Below, piece by piece: positions 46,731 through 56,883 of a DNA stretch of 63,869 nucleotides (positions within the stretch are counted from its first letter, which is position 1; each line of letters opens with the position of its first letter). The translations under genes and the position numbers were made by a program. The DNA comes from a virus. Taxonomy: Duplodnaviria; Caudoviricetes. A model generated the notes under the pieces. The model worked only from the letters and a program-made list of their open reading frames with translations. It was not told where the DNA came from and did no database searches. The stretch covers positions 1 through 63,869 of IMG/VR virus record IMGVR_UViG_3300033153_003795, one strand, 5' to 3'.

Positions 46731-49700
46731 TGAGCTGTATAATAGAAAACTACAAAGAATGGGTAAAAGACGGACTAGCAGAAGGTAAAACTACAGAACA
46801 ACTAGATGAGTACTGGAAAGTAGCTATGCTAGAGTCTGCTAGTTCTGAAATGAAAGCTACTATTGATAGAGTACTAAATGGTAATGTAACACAAAATGGT
46901 AGTATTAATATAGCGATTCAGTACAATAATGGAAAAGCCAAACTAACTAAGATGTTAAACATAGAAGTAGAAAAAGATGGATATAGGCTATTTACGCCTA
47001 ATGGAAGCTATATGTTTGAATACGGTAAGAGTATAGGTAAACCATTATATAGCACGAAAGTAGAAAAAGTAATTGTACCAGTAATGGTCAATACAGTAGA
47101 CTTAGAAAACGCTTCAGATCCTAGGAACTTGAAAGTACTGAGAACAATGCCTTCTGATAAGGTAGAAACAGTATACGAAACTTTAGCTAGTGATAGAGAC
47201 GCAGAGATTAAAGGCGACTATATTAAACAAGCTGAGCTAGTTAAAGATCCTACAAAAGCTATAGAATTAGCAGAACGATTAGCAGAAAGTGATAGTGTTA
47301 ATATTAGTAGTGCACAGAAGAATAGGTTGATAAATATACTAGGTACGATAACAAATCCTTTGAAGAACTTTATACCAGAACTGTCTATATACTTGAATGA
47401 GAAAGCTGAAAAGACTGGCGGTGTTATAGTACTAGCAGGTAAGAATGCAGGTATATACATTAATAAAGCAGATAGAGCACCTACTGATGTAACACAAATG
47501 AGCGCAGTAGAGGCGTATGTACATGAAATGATACATAGTACAACAGCGTATGCTATAAGACAGCGTGGAGCTAAAGTAGCCGGAACTATACAAAGACTTA
47601 AGACATTACGAACTAAAGTAATGAAAGAACTTACAGCAGAGCACTTGTTACCAGATGTGTATATTGATAGAGATGCTGAACTAGCTAACGCAGAAGAGAT
47701 TTTAGACTATATGAATGGAAACTTAGAAGAGTTTTTAGCTATAGCGTTAACGAATGAAAAAGTATTTAGTAAGCTAAAGGATATGAAAGCATATAGAGAC
47801 CCTAAAGAAGATTATAAGAACTTATGGGAACAAGTACTAGACTTTGCCGGTAGACTACTAGATATGGTATTTAGAGTAGCTAGAAAAGAAGGTAAAGAAT
47901 TTAAGAACGATGAACTATTGATGAAGTTAATGCTAGAGCTTGCAGAGAATAATAATAGAATAGTAGAAGTAGAAAAGCAAGGAATACTTAGTAGAACGTT
48001 TGAGGCTAAAGATAAATTAGACGAAATGGGTGCTGCAATGCTTAAAGAGCTAGAGAAGCTTGCCAAAAAAGGTAAAGTTATTGATATGCCACAGAATATG
48101 ACTAGAGTTCAAGAAGTGGTATGGCTAGGTAGGAATCTATGGAAATTCTTAGTGAATCCAGATACAAGAGATGCTTTTGAGTGGATATTGGCTACATACG
48201 GTTTACAACGAGAAGGTACAGTACAGTCGTTTATAAGAGCTGTTAGAGATAACGATAGTTTACAGAATATAGTTGAAAGAATGGGGTTATTGTCAGGACA
48301 GATAGATAAGCGAAGAGAAGATAAGGCTATAGAAGTAAGTATAATGGCTACGCAGGGGTTTAATAAAAGACCTACAGATAATGAGTTTAAAGCGCTAACG
48401 TTAGCAGGATTAGATACAGAACTTGGTAATATATATGAAGCTTATGGTGATGAACGTATAGCAGAACTGTTGTCAAATAGTGAAGCACTAGCAGAAGAAG
48501 CATCGAAATTGCGTAAAGAATTAAGAGCAAAAGTAAGTAAAGGTATAGGAAACTACTATGTAGCACAAGCGGATGGACTAGGTAGGTATATGGCAAGTCA
48601 TATAAGTTCAAGATCACAAGTATTCAATGCTGAAATGATAGCTAGTCTTAAAGGTACGTTGGTTGCAGATAAAGGTACAACAGACCCTGAAATTATAGGA
48701 TTGATTGATACATTAGCAACACTAGAAGGATTAAAGTATACAGATAAAAGCTCTAAAGACGTAGTGGCAGACTTGATAAACAAAGAACCAGATGGTGTAA
48801 AGAACGTAATGTACTTGCATAGGTCGTTTGTGGAGACATCGAAGAAAGAGTTATTTGATGGAGATAAGATAGCCCATAGAATAAAAGGATATAATAAAGA
48901 GATATTTGATGATACGATAACACTGAAAGTAGCTCCAGTAATAGATAAGGCAGACTTAGAAAAAGAAGGGTTCACATTAGATAGAGTACTAGAAAAAGCT
49001 AAAGGTGATCGTAGTACTACAACTATGGCGCTATATATAAATAAACATCATATGACACAAAGTTTTAATAGGTCTGCAATGAGAATGACAGACTTAAATA
49101 GAAAAGGTACAAGTTTAGCACATGCAGGTCCAGGTGAAGTGGATATGAATCGTTGGGCTAAAACTAAACGTGATGTAGCAGCTATAAAAGCTGATGCACA
49201 GAAAGAAACTACTGCTATGTTTAAGGGTACATATAAGTTTAAAGAGACGGGTGGACTAGCGCCTGTATATGACCAAAATGGTGTAGTAATAGATTATAGA
49301 TATATGATGCCAAAAGCAGAGAAAGCTAGGTTGTTAAAACAAGATTTAAGAGCTAATACGATATTAGGTAGAAATATGGCCAGTATTCAAGATAAAATAG
49401 AATCTAGTCAATTTAACAAAGAGCTGGTAAGTATTATTAGAGATGATATGGAGAATTATGTTGAGGGTAGTACACTAGGTAAGAATTTGAAAGAGTATAT
49501 TGTAGTAGGAAAAGATTCAACTAATAAAGATATTCAAGATATTTATAATATATTACCTAAAGAAGTTAAACGTGATATAGAAGAAAATGGGGAGATTGCG
49601 GTTAGACGGGAATTGTTGTATGCGTATTTTGGATTTAGAGATCCTAGTATAGTAGGCCTAGTAGGTATTAAGCTACTACCAAAATCAATAAAAGAACTTG

Positions 49701-50668
49701 TTAGACAAGCTGAGAATTGGTGGAAAGAAATAGTAAAGATACATAAAGTAGATATTATTATTAGAACTCCAATGGTTCTTATAGGTAACATAATATCGAA
49801 TTATATGTTAGGTATATTAGCAGGTCATAGACCGGATCAGATTGCTAAATATCAGTGGGATGGTTTTAGAGAGATAAAGCAATATCAGAAGAATTTGCAT
49901 GAGCTTATTAGATTGAAAGAGTCGGAAAAGTCGGGTAATGTAATGAAGTATGATTTAAAGCGTATTAAGCAGTTGGAGAATGAAATTGAGATGAGTCCTG
50001 CGAAGGATTTAATTGATGAGGGATTGTTTCAAGCGATTATAGAGGATGCGTCTGTAGAGGACCTTAAAGTAAGTAATAAGATTACTCAAAAGAAAGATGA
50101 ATTGTTAGAGAAGTATGGTGCGCCTGAATGGGTAAAAGATGGGTCTAATATACTATGGTTAACAGATAAAACTAAGTTTTTTAAGATGATGACAACTGCT
50201 ACACAGTATAGTGATTTTGTTGCTAGGTATGCACAGTATAACTTGATGATGGATAAAATGAAGAGGAATTATGTGAAGGAGACTGGTAAGCAGCCTGATG
50301 TAATTGCGACTGATAAGATGAAAGATAAGGCGATAATTACGGTTAAAGAAGCGTATATTAATTATGATTTACCGAGTAGTAAGTGGACACAGTATGCTAA
50401 TGATATAGGATTAGTGATGTTTACAAAGTATTTTGAGAGGATACAGAGAGTTATTAAAACTAACAGTCAAGATAAACCTATGACAATGCTTATGGCATTA
50501 TTAGGGCAGGCATATTTGACTGGTGATATAGAGGATATAACAGACCAAAGTATCTTTACTAAGAACTATGGCGGGATGTTCCATTTAGATCCGTTTGAGC
50601 ATATAATGGGAGCTGTTACGCCTACATTAGGTGAATACGCTTATGATGCCTATAAGATGGTTAGATAA
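46730..50668 (+). CDS. Virion RNA polymerase C-terminal part (zincin-like HExxH)
   Basis: HEMIH...EEFLA.ALTN; FG.R.PS; QYSDF.A.Y; F.NY-like C-terminal motifs; TAATG-coupled. Confidence 0.8.
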   Translation: MSCIIENYKEWVKDGLAEGKTTEQLDEYWKVAMLESASSEMKATIDRVLNGNVTQNGSINIAIQYNNGKAKLTKMLNIEVEKDGYRLFTPNGSYMFEYGKSIGKPLYSTKVEKVIVPVMVNTVDLENASDPRNLKVLRTMPSDKVETVYETLASDRDAEIKGDYIKQAELVKDPTKAIELAERLAESDSVNISSAQKNRLINILGTITNPLKNFIPELSIYLNEKAEKTGGVIVLAGKNAGIYINKADRAPTDVTQMSAVEAYVHEMIHSTTAYAIRQRGAKVAGTIQRLKTLRTKVMKELTAEHLLPDVYIDRDAELANAEEILDYMNGNLEEFLAIALTNEKVFSKLKDMKAYRDPKEDYKNLWEQVLDFAGRLLDMVFRVARKEGKEFKNDELLMKLMLELAENNNRIVEVEKQGILSRTFEAKDKLDEMGAAMLKELEKLAKKGKVIDMPQNMTRVQEVVWLGRNLWKFLVNPDTRDAFEWILATYGLQREGTVQSFIRAVRDNDSLQNIVERMGLLSGQIDKRREDKAIEVSIMATQGFNKRPTDNEFKALTLAGLDTELGNIYEAYGDERIAELLSNSEALAEEASKLRKELRAKVSKGIGNYYVAQADGLGRYMASHISSRSQVFNAEMIASLKGTLVADKGTTDPEIIGLIDTLATLEGLKYTDKSSKDVVADLINKEPDGVKNVMYLHRSFVETSKKELFDGDKIAHRIKGYNKEIFDDTITLKVAPVIDKADLEKEGFTLDRVLEKAKGDRSTTTMALYINKHHMTQSFNRSAMRMTDLNRKGTSLAHAGPGEVDMNRWAKTKRDVAAIKADAQKETTAMFKGTYKFKETGGLAPVYDQNGVVIDYRYMMPKAEKARLLKQDLRANTILGRNMASIQDKIESSQFNKELVSIIRDDMENYVEGSTLGKNLKEYIVVGKDSTNKDIQDIYNILPKEVKRDIEENGEIAVRRELLYAYFGFRDPSIVGLVGIKLLPKSIKELVRQAENWWKEIVKIHKVDIIIRTPMVLIGNIISNYMLGILAGHRPDQIAKYQWDGFREIKQYQKNLHELIRLKESEKSGNVMKYDLKRIKQLENEIEMSPAKDLIDEGLFQAIIEDASVEDLKVSNKITQKKDELLEKYGAPEWVKDGSNILWLTDKTKFFKMMTTATQYSDFVARYAQYNLMMDKMKRNYVKETGKQPDVIATDKMKDKAIITVKEAYINYDLPSSKWTQYANDIGLVMFTKYFERIQRVIKTNSQDKPMTMLMALLGQAYLTGDIEDITDQSIFTKNYGGMFHLDPFEHIMGAVTPTLGEYAYDAYKMVR

Positions 50669-50900
50669 TTAAAGCGTAGACATATACGTCTGAACTAATA
50701 CCTTCAACTTGTCGTAAATGAGAGATTTGACGGTATTGGTGTACTATAGCACTTAATTGAGCGGTAGGGCTTATACGATTACCGTCAGATATAGGTTCTA
50801 GTAAGTTTGGTGTACTAAATACGGAGTAGTTACTTTGTGGAGTTTCTAACATCTTTGAAGTGAGATCTAATGGACCTCCTATAAAATAAGCTTTAATCAT
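50661..50900 (-). CDS. Hypothetical protein
   Basis: 79 aa; FIGGPLD motif; converges with the vRNAP gene. Confidence 0.6.
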   Translation of the reverse strand: MIKAYFIGGPLDLTSKMLETPQSNYSVFSTPNLLEPISDGNRISPTAQLSAIVHQYRQISHLRQVEGISSDVYVYALII

Positions 50901-51148
50901 AATAAATCCTTTAGTGATTTTGGTAATGTTGGTGGTTTAAAGTATAACCATACTGAGACTATCATAGAGCCAAATGTGCCTATAGCACGAGATTCGTTAG
51001 TTGCAGCGAATACAGACATTATTAGGATTAATGCTAGTACGTCTATTGTTAAGTCTAAGTAGCGTCTCTTATCATATTTGATTAGAATTACAATGAGGTT
51101 TAGTGCTACACATATAGCCATAAATCCAATTAACATTTTGTCACCCAC
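50897..51148 (-). CDS. Small membrane protein
   Basis: Three hydrophobic segments. Confidence 0.6.
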   Translation of the reverse strand: MGDKMLIGFMAICVALNLIVILIKYDKRRYLDLTIDVLALILIMSVFAATNESRAIGTFGSMIVSVWLYFKPPTLPKSLKDLL

Positions 51149-51351
51149 TCTGATTTAACTATAGGCTGCTTTTCTAGTTTAATTGGTTGGATAAGATGTA
51201 CTACAGTATTAATGTCATCCATGTCTTCAGGTACTGTAAAATCGTGTGATAGTACTTTCCAACGAACTTCTAACCCTTCACCAAACGGGTCAAACGCTGT
51301 GTATACTCCTTGTACTGTACGATCCAGTTCTAATTCTAGTGTTACTTTCAT
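51130..51351 (-). CDS. Hypothetical protein
   Basis: 73 aa; AAGGA RBS. Confidence 0.55.
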   Translation of the reverse strand: MKVTLELELDRTVQGVYTAFDPFGEGLEVRWKVLSHDFTVPEDMDDINTVVHLIQPIKLEKQPIVKSEWVTKC

Positions 51352-51360
51352 AGTTGTTCC

Positions 51361-51591
51361 TTATAGTTTAAATTTTTGGATTTCAATTGTTTCGATTAAC
51401 GTACCGTTAAAAGACACGTATTTGCAAGTTAGTTTATCGACCATGTCGTTTAGCCACTTTTTTACTAAGGGTACTTGTTCAGTTTTGATTAGTATTCCTG
51501 GAAATGACTCGATAACGCATGAGGTTATTGTACTTGGCAGTTTAGCACCAATGTTTACAGGTACGGTGTTTAGTTTAATAGATAAAAACAT
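51361..51591 (-). CDS. Hypothetical protein
   Basis: 76 aa; AAGGA RBS. Confidence 0.55.
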   Translation of the reverse strand: MFLSIKLNTVPVNIGAKLPSTITSCVIESFPGILIKTEQVPLVKKWLNDMVDKLTCKYVSFNGTLIETIEIQKFKL

Positions 51592-51607
51592 AATATTCCT
51601 TTATAAG

Positions 51608-51634
51608 TTTAAAACAAGATTCCGAAGAATCCTG
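51608..51634 (-). terminator. Intrinsic terminator
   Basis: Minus strand CAGGATTC-TTCG-GAATCTTG followed by TTTT. Confidence 0.65.
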
Positions 51635-51641
51635 TATTAAG

Positions 51642-52022
51642 CTATTTTCTAGAGTTTAAAATCTTTTGTAAGTTAGCTTCTGGACCTACAAAGTCAGTGG
51701 GTTTAGTGATTTTTCCAAGATGATTTTTCTTTGAGCTTTTAGACTCATTTGCCTGTAGTACAGCTTCATAGCCTTCTACTTGAGCGATTGGAGAAATATT
51801 CATTTTTCCTAAAGTGCCTACTCGTACAAAGTCTAAGTCTAGTAATGCATCAAACATAGCTACAGGATCGTTGGCTTCAACAGCTTCTATGAACTCGTCT
51901 AGTTCTTCTTGTAGCATGTCTATTTCTAGTTTGTAGTTAAGTGTATCTGAGGTATTACCTCTACTAGTATTCCATAGAACGGTACGTTCAATTTGTTCGT
52001 AGGCCTGTTTTTTATGTTGCAT
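51642..52022 (-). CDS. MazG-like/all-alpha NTP pyrophosphohydrolase
   Basis: EE..EF.EA...DALLD; V..AN.SK...GKI.KP..F..PE. Confidence 0.8.
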   Translation of the reverse strand: MQHKKQAYEQIERTVLWNTSRGNTSDTLNYKLEIDMLQEELDEFIEAVEANDPVAMFDALLDLDFVRVGTLGKMNISPIAQVEGYEAVLQANESKSSKKNHLGKITKPTDFVGPEANLQKILNSRK

Positions 52023-52269
52023 CAGAACTATCTTTAGCGATATTGTATAACATAGTTAGTACATGTGTTTCAGATTCTGACGGTAAGCTATCGAGTCTTG
52101 TATACTTTAATAGTCTGTTATTCACTAGTGTTAATGCTAAGTCTTGTACAAGTTGTACATCGTCTTCTGGTGTATCAGCGGGTTCTGTATTAGTAGGATT
52201 TTCATCAAGACTTGTCTCAATTTCGTCGAGCCAGTTGATGAAGTCTTCTACAGTGTTTATGTTTTTCAT
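52012..52269 (-). CDS. Hypothetical protein
   Basis: 85 aa acidic ORF, coupled. Confidence 0.6.
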   Translation of the reverse strand: MKNINTVEDFINWLDEIETSLDENPTNTEPADTPEDDVQLVQDLALTLVNNRLLKYTRLDSLPSESETHVLTMLYNIAKDSSDAT

Positions 52270-52793
52270 AAATTTTCCTTTATTTTTTTCATGATTATAT
52301 CTTTAGGTAGTAAGTTATAGCAAAAATAGCTACTACTAAAAGTTATTTTATTATTGGGTCTTCCCTCTGGGTTGACAAACTTTATACGTCTATCGAACAT
52401 TAAAAGCTGTAATTGCTTGTGTTCGAATAATTGCTTCGGAGCGGCGTCGTTCAGCCAGGTATTAGCCATCAAAAGGGCAAATGGGCGTCCAAGATCAATA
52501 GCTCTTTCAAAGAAAGCTCTCTTATTCTTGAATGGAGGATTTGAGATAAGTATATCCCATTTTTCCGGTTCATAATCGAAGAAGTCTTGACCATCTTCTA
52601 TATGGCTATAGACTACTTTGTTAGTCTTAGAGATGAGCTTAACGAATTCGCTGTCCTTAGTGTCAAAAGGACACCATACTGTAGCAAATTTAGGTATATA
52701 TTCTAGTATAGGTTCTACACCATAAGCAGGTGTGAAATTTTCGTCATTACCTACTTTATTGTATAGCACGTGTTGGCTATTTATATCGCTCAT
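52266..52793 (-). CDS. DNA adenine methyltransferase
   Basis: DE..TP, VWCPFD, GQDFF and SNPPF motifs. Confidence 0.8.
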   Translation of the reverse strand: MSDINSQHVLYNKVGNDENFTPAYGVEPILEYIPKFATVWCPFDTKDSEFVKLISKTNKVVYSHIEDGQDFFDYEPEKWDILISNPPFKNKRAFFERAIDLGRPFALLMANTWLNDAAPKQLFEHKQLQLLMFDRRIKFVNPEGRPNNKITFSSSYFCYNLLPKDIIMKKIKENL

Positions 52794-53566
52794 AATAGAT
52801 CCTTAATTGTTTGAACAAACTCTCTTGTCTCTTTTTGAGTATGAGAATCTAGTCTCTGATCTATAAAATGAGGGAACGCATTAGGGTTATTAGTATAGCC
52901 TCCAAGAGTAGACACTCTGTTTTGAAGCATGTCTGCTCCTCTGTCCCACACTTCTTTACGAGTGATACCTCTAGCTTTCATGAAGGATTTAAGTAGTTCT
53001 GGTGAAGACATAAATACTCTATCATTCCACGCTTCTTGTTTTTCTGCAGGAGTATAGGTTGATGCTATGCCACTATAGAATTTCTCTACCTCTGGTGGCA
53101 TCCAATAGCCTCTATCACATACTCCGTAACGTTGTGAATGTGATACGGATGTGATTTGATTATGTGTGGATAGTTGGCCGTAGATGAAATATGGTGTCTC
53201 GCATTTGAATGTGCGATAGTTAGTGAAGTCTACTGCTTCTAGACATTGCTCTACTGTCCAGCCCCAATTGAGAAGTTCTCTCATAGTTGTATGGTAAGTT
53301 CCTTTATCATCATTGAAGAACCCAAACCATTGTACTACACCATATGCCCACGATTTAGTGTCAGGTACCAGTGTAACACATATAGTACATGGTACGTACT
53401 CTAATACTCTCGAAGCTTTACCACCATACGATTCTTTTAGGAGTCTATTCCAGAGTTTTTCTGCTGACTTAGGTGCTTTGTCTCTAACGACGGATGCACA
53501 CTCAGCTATGTAGTTTTGTAGGTCTACAAGCGAGTTGCTCTTAGGTATGATTAGTTCTGCTGTCAT
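52790..53566 (-). CDS. thyX: Flavin-dependent thymidylate synthase (divergent)
   Basis: QLSTHNQITSVSHSQRY variant of the ThyX signature; F..QR...HTQ.E.R. Confidence 0.7.
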   Translation of the reverse strand: MTAELIIPKSNSLVDLQNYIAECASVVRDKAPKSAEKLWNRLLKESYGGKASRVLEYVPCTICVTLVPDTKSWAYGVVQWFGFFNDDKGTYHTTMRELLNWGWTVEQCLEAVDFTNYRTFKCETPYFIYGQLSTHNQITSVSHSQRYGVCDRGYWMPPEVEKFYSGIASTYTPAEKQEAWNDRVFMSSPELLKSFMKARGITRKEVWDRGADMLQNRVSTLGGYTNNPNAFPHFIDQRLDSHTQKETREFVQTIKDLL

Positions 53567-53569
53567 AAA

Positions 53570-53842
53570 CTACTCACCTAAGTGCTTAGTTACGGTTTCT
53601 TTAGAAAGCACTGAGTTTGCTAGTAACAACGCTAAATGGTAGTCTACTACAGGTTTAAGTAAGTACTGTGGGAGTACGGTTATGTCTAGCCTGCGATTAG
53701 TGATATTGTATAGTTTTTTATATTTTGGGTTTTTAAGGTTTGGTAATGTAAAGTAGTAATTTGCGCGACTTTTTAGTGTTGCCATCTTTAGTGCTTTACG
53801 GGCCTTTGCTTTACCTTTATTTTGTCGAGTTCTCAAGGTCAT
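53570..53842 (-). CDS. Basic hypothetical protein
   Basis: In-frame ATG after an AAGGA RBS within ORF 53570..53875. Confidence 0.55.
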   Translation of the reverse strand: MTLRTRQNKGKAKARKALKMATLKSRANYYFTLPNLKNPKYKKLYNITNRRLDITVLPQYLLKPVVDYHLALLLANSVLSKETVTKHLGE

Positions 53843-53852
53843 TATAATTCCT

Positions 53853-55124
53853 TTATTTATAGACTTCAGCAACAAATTTTGCTAATGCTGATCTATATAT
53901 CTCATCTAGTTTGATGTAACTAAATTCTGGCGCTTGACCAAAGTGTTGAAATAGGGGTTTAAATCCTTCATTGCCTCTATTCATACCGTAAGTTTGACCT
54001 TGGGTATCGCCGATAAGTAGGATCTTGCCACCCTCGGCTATTCTGGACATAACCATTTTTGCGGCGTTTTCGTCTACAAGTTCCCATTCGTCGATTACCC
54101 AGCATGCATCATGGAGTGAATCACCTTGAGCTTCGTCGATTTCTTTGACAGAGAAATGTTCAGACCATACCTTATCGGAGTTAGTTCGAATATTTTCTCC
54201 GTTGCTGTCTTTTTTTAGTTTGTCGCCACGTTTGTCTAGAAGGAATTCAAGGTTACTCTTAATACCGCCTAAGTGACCGCCCATCTTATCTTCAGATGTA
54301 CCAGGTTTGTAGCCTGTGTATAGGTCTCTGTTAGTACTTACTGGAGGTTTTGATACATAGATAGTGTCATAGACTTGGTAGCGTTTTTGACCGACTGTGC
54401 AGGCTAGTACGCCAGCTAGTGCAAGTAATGTTTTACCTGTTCCTAGTTCGCCGTCTATTACTGTAAGAGGTACATCGTTGTCAAATACCGCATGGAGTGC
54501 ACACATTTGTACGGAATCCATAGGATCGATAAGTACACCAGCGTCTCTGAAAGGTTTAATGCTTTGAGAGATGCGGTTGACCTCGCCATTGCGATTAAGC
54601 CAGATGTCGTTCTTGTCGACTATACGGTCTATGATACAGTACATATTTTCTTTCATGTCTACTTGGAAGCGTTCGTTGAATTCTTCTGTTTGGACTTGTT
54701 TGATTTGTACATAACGTTTTTCATAGTCTACATCACCTTCGATGGTAACGTAGCCTTTATACTCGTAGTCTATTTCACTATCGGCTTCGAAATCAGAGAT
54801 TGGAATACCGTGAGCTTTTGCGATAATACGTACAGCAATATCGTTGCTAAGTATACTGGCGTTAGCTTCTTTAGTATCTTGAATAATACACTCGTCAGGA
54901 GATTCCCCTAGTAAGTTAGGAATATTCAAGATTTCGATTTTGTCGTCTTTAAACATAAACCATATATTACGTATAGCCGCTTGAGCTGCACGTTTTAGAT
55001 TAGGGTTACGTTTTAGGTTGTCGAGTTCACGTATGACTGTAAAACTTAGTACGAAATCTTTAGTAGTATCAAATACGATATTCGGTTCATCGATTAGTAT
55101 GTTGGTGTCTAAACTAATTTTCAT
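53853..55124 (-). CDS. phoH: PIN-domain PhoH-family ATPase
   Basis: LDTNIL..P PIN start; GELGTGKT; G.KPG; G.SL...IDE; GD..Q; RS.LA. Confidence 0.88.
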   Translation of the reverse strand: MKISLDTNILIDEPNIVFDTTKDFVLSFTVIRELDNLKRNPNLKRAAQAAIRNIWFMFKDDKIEILNIPNLLGESPDECIIQDTKEANASILSNDIAVRIIAKAHGIPISDFEADSEIDYEYKGYVTIEGDVDYEKRYVQIKQVQTEEFNERFQVDMKENMYCIIDRIVDKNDIWLNRNGEVNRISQSIKPFRDAGVLIDPMDSVQMCALHAVFDNDVPLTVIDGELGTGKTLLALAGVLACTVGQKRYQVYDTIYVSKPPVSTNRDLYTGYKPGTSEDKMGGHLGGIKSNLEFLLDKRGDKLKKDSNGENIRTNSDKVWSEHFSVKEIDEAQGDSLHDACWVIDEWELVDENAAKMVMSRIAEGGKILLIGDTQGQTYGMNRGNEGFKPLFQHFGQAPEFSYIKLDEIYRSALAKFVAEVYK

Positions 55125-55125
55125 G

Positions 55126-55701
55126 TTAGCCTTTCAAATGTTTCTGTCTATTACCCCATCTCTCTAGTACTTGAGAACTGTTGAGCCAGATATCGTGGTC
55201 TTCTATAACGTCAGCTATTTCTTCTTCTGTTAAGAAGCCTGCGTAGTAGTCACGAAAAGACTCGTTGATTTCATTGTTTACGAAATCCATTTGGTCTTTA
55301 GCTTCTTTACCTTTACCTTGTACTCCACCGGAGTAGTTGTGAATCATAAATTGGGTGTAAGGAGTGACTACAATATCATCACAAGCCATTGTTAATACGG
55401 TTGCAGCAGAAGCTACGTCACCTGATAGGTGTCCTATAATAGTCGCTTTTGACTTGAGCATTGCGTAGTAAAGCATATTTGCTGAAGAGATATAGCCACC
55501 AGGGTTATTAATATGTATATGAAATACATCACCTTTTTGAGCTTGGCTTAGTATGAAACATAGTTCGTTGTAGTTTTCAGGTACGTCAATCCCATTAGTT
55601 AGGTATACGTGTGCTACTCTTCCATCTTTAGATCGAACTATTGGTACATAGTCGTCAAAAACATTTACTTTATCTTTTGGTAGTTCAATTTGAAATTCCA
55701 T
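55126..55701 (-). CDS. ClpP-like serine protease
   Basis: HIN.PGG, ASAAT, FMIH motifs. Confidence 0.8.
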   Translation of the reverse strand: MEFQIELPKDKVNVFDDYVPIVRSKDGRVAHVYLTNGIDVPENYNELCFILSQAQKGDVFHIHINNPGGYISSANMLYYAMLKSKATIIGHLSGDVASAATVLTMACDDIVVTPYTQFMIHNYSGGVQGKGKEAKDQMDFVNNEINESFRDYYAGFLTEEEIADVIEDHDIWLNSSQVLERWGNRQKHLKG

Positions 55702-56236
55702 TAATTTCCTTTATTATATTTTCTGCTGTGTTTGGTGTTACTTCTATTGAAATAAAAGGTATACTATTTGCGACTAAAAAATTGAATATTTCTTCGTCTT
55801 TAGCTCTAGCTTCTTTCAGTGTTTCCGATCTGCCGTACTATTGATAAGGATGTGTTTCCACATTTCTTTTAAGAAATACGTTTAAGTTCTCGTAAGTACT
55901 GTGTAGTTTTACTGAGAAGTCTATAAACGCTTGTGTTGGAAATTTTGTGTTAGTCTTATCGATGTAGTTACATCCCATCACAAATGGGCTATCGTGTACT
56001 GCGTAGTCGACTGAGCCTTGTAAGCGTACCATCCTATGATGTTGTTCACCTAGTATATGTACTTGGTCTTTTAGACGTGTAAGTTCGTTACTGTATGTAA
56101 GGTCTTTAGCATATTCTTGCAAGAGCTCTACTTTAGTACCGTTCTTCTTTAATTGCGCAAAGATTTCAGCTGCCGTAGTAGACTTACCTGTTCCAGGACC
56201 GCCAAATAAGTTGATATTAAGCATTGTATACTCCAT
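55685..56236 (-). pseudogene. P-loop (NadR/AAA-like) kinase with an in-frame TAG at 55838-55840
   Basis: GGPGTGKST, EYAK and DSP motifs; the frame continues YGRSETLKEA... for 50 codons to a TGA at 55685. Confidence 0.65.
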
Positions 56237-56465
56237 CTAGTTGAGCGATTCGTTCTTGACAGATGTGCATAATCTTTTCGTAGTCTAGTTTACGAGAATC
56301 ACCTTTTTTAGTTCTAAGAACTCTTTTAATGATATCGGCATCCCAAGGATTTAAACTGTACTCTCTCCAAATATCCCAAGGTTGGATGTTATGCTTTGAA
56401 TAATCAGAGTTACCTACATTCACGTTTTTGTGGGAAGGTCTACTTTTTATTGATTTTTTAAGCAT
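56217..56465 (-). CDS. DUF3310/SaV-like protein
   Basis: VG.S.Y....IQPWD....LN...IIK..LR.K...D..K..H. Confidence 0.7.
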   Translation of the reverse strand: MLKKSIKSRPSHKNVNVGNSDYSKHNIQPWDIWREYSLNPWDADIIKRVLRTKKGDSRKLDYEKIMHICQERIAQLDGVYNA

Positions 56466-56874
56466 CTTTACATTCCTTTATTATCTTGCCAGCATTTGCG
56501 TGGACAAATGGCAGTCTATGAGGTATTTCACAGTTAGAGCAGTCTAGATGGATTGCAGTTTCTGTAGTGAATTCACTACTTTTAATAGCGTTGAGTTCAC
56601 ATTTACTGTAGACCGTTTTTTGACTTCTTTGTGATATACCTTTATCGCTATAAGTAAAGTAAGGACATCCACAAAAGAAGCAGTTTAGTTTTTCTCGGTC
56701 ATGGCATTTAGTACTAGTAGCGTAAAGAGGGCAGTAATTTGGTTCATTTTTAACCATATTTTCAAAGTTAAAGTACTCTACGATTTCAGATGTAGAGAAC
56801 TCTTGAGCTTTTAATTTAGTAATTACTGTATTTCTACGTGCTACTTCGTCTTTTGACCATTCATTATATGTCAT
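56458..56874 (-). CDS. Cysteine-rich small-domain protein
   Basis: CPLY...CH...LNCFFC.CP...DCS.C..PH. Confidence 0.7.
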   Translation of the reverse strand: MTYNEWSKDEVARRNTVITKLKAQEFSTSEIVEYFNFENMVKNEPNYCPLYATSTKCHDREKLNCFFCGCPYFTYSDKGISQRSQKTVYSKCELNAIKSSEFTTETAIHLDCSNCEIPHRLPFVHANAGKIIKECKDA

Positions 56875-56883
56875 TTAACATCC

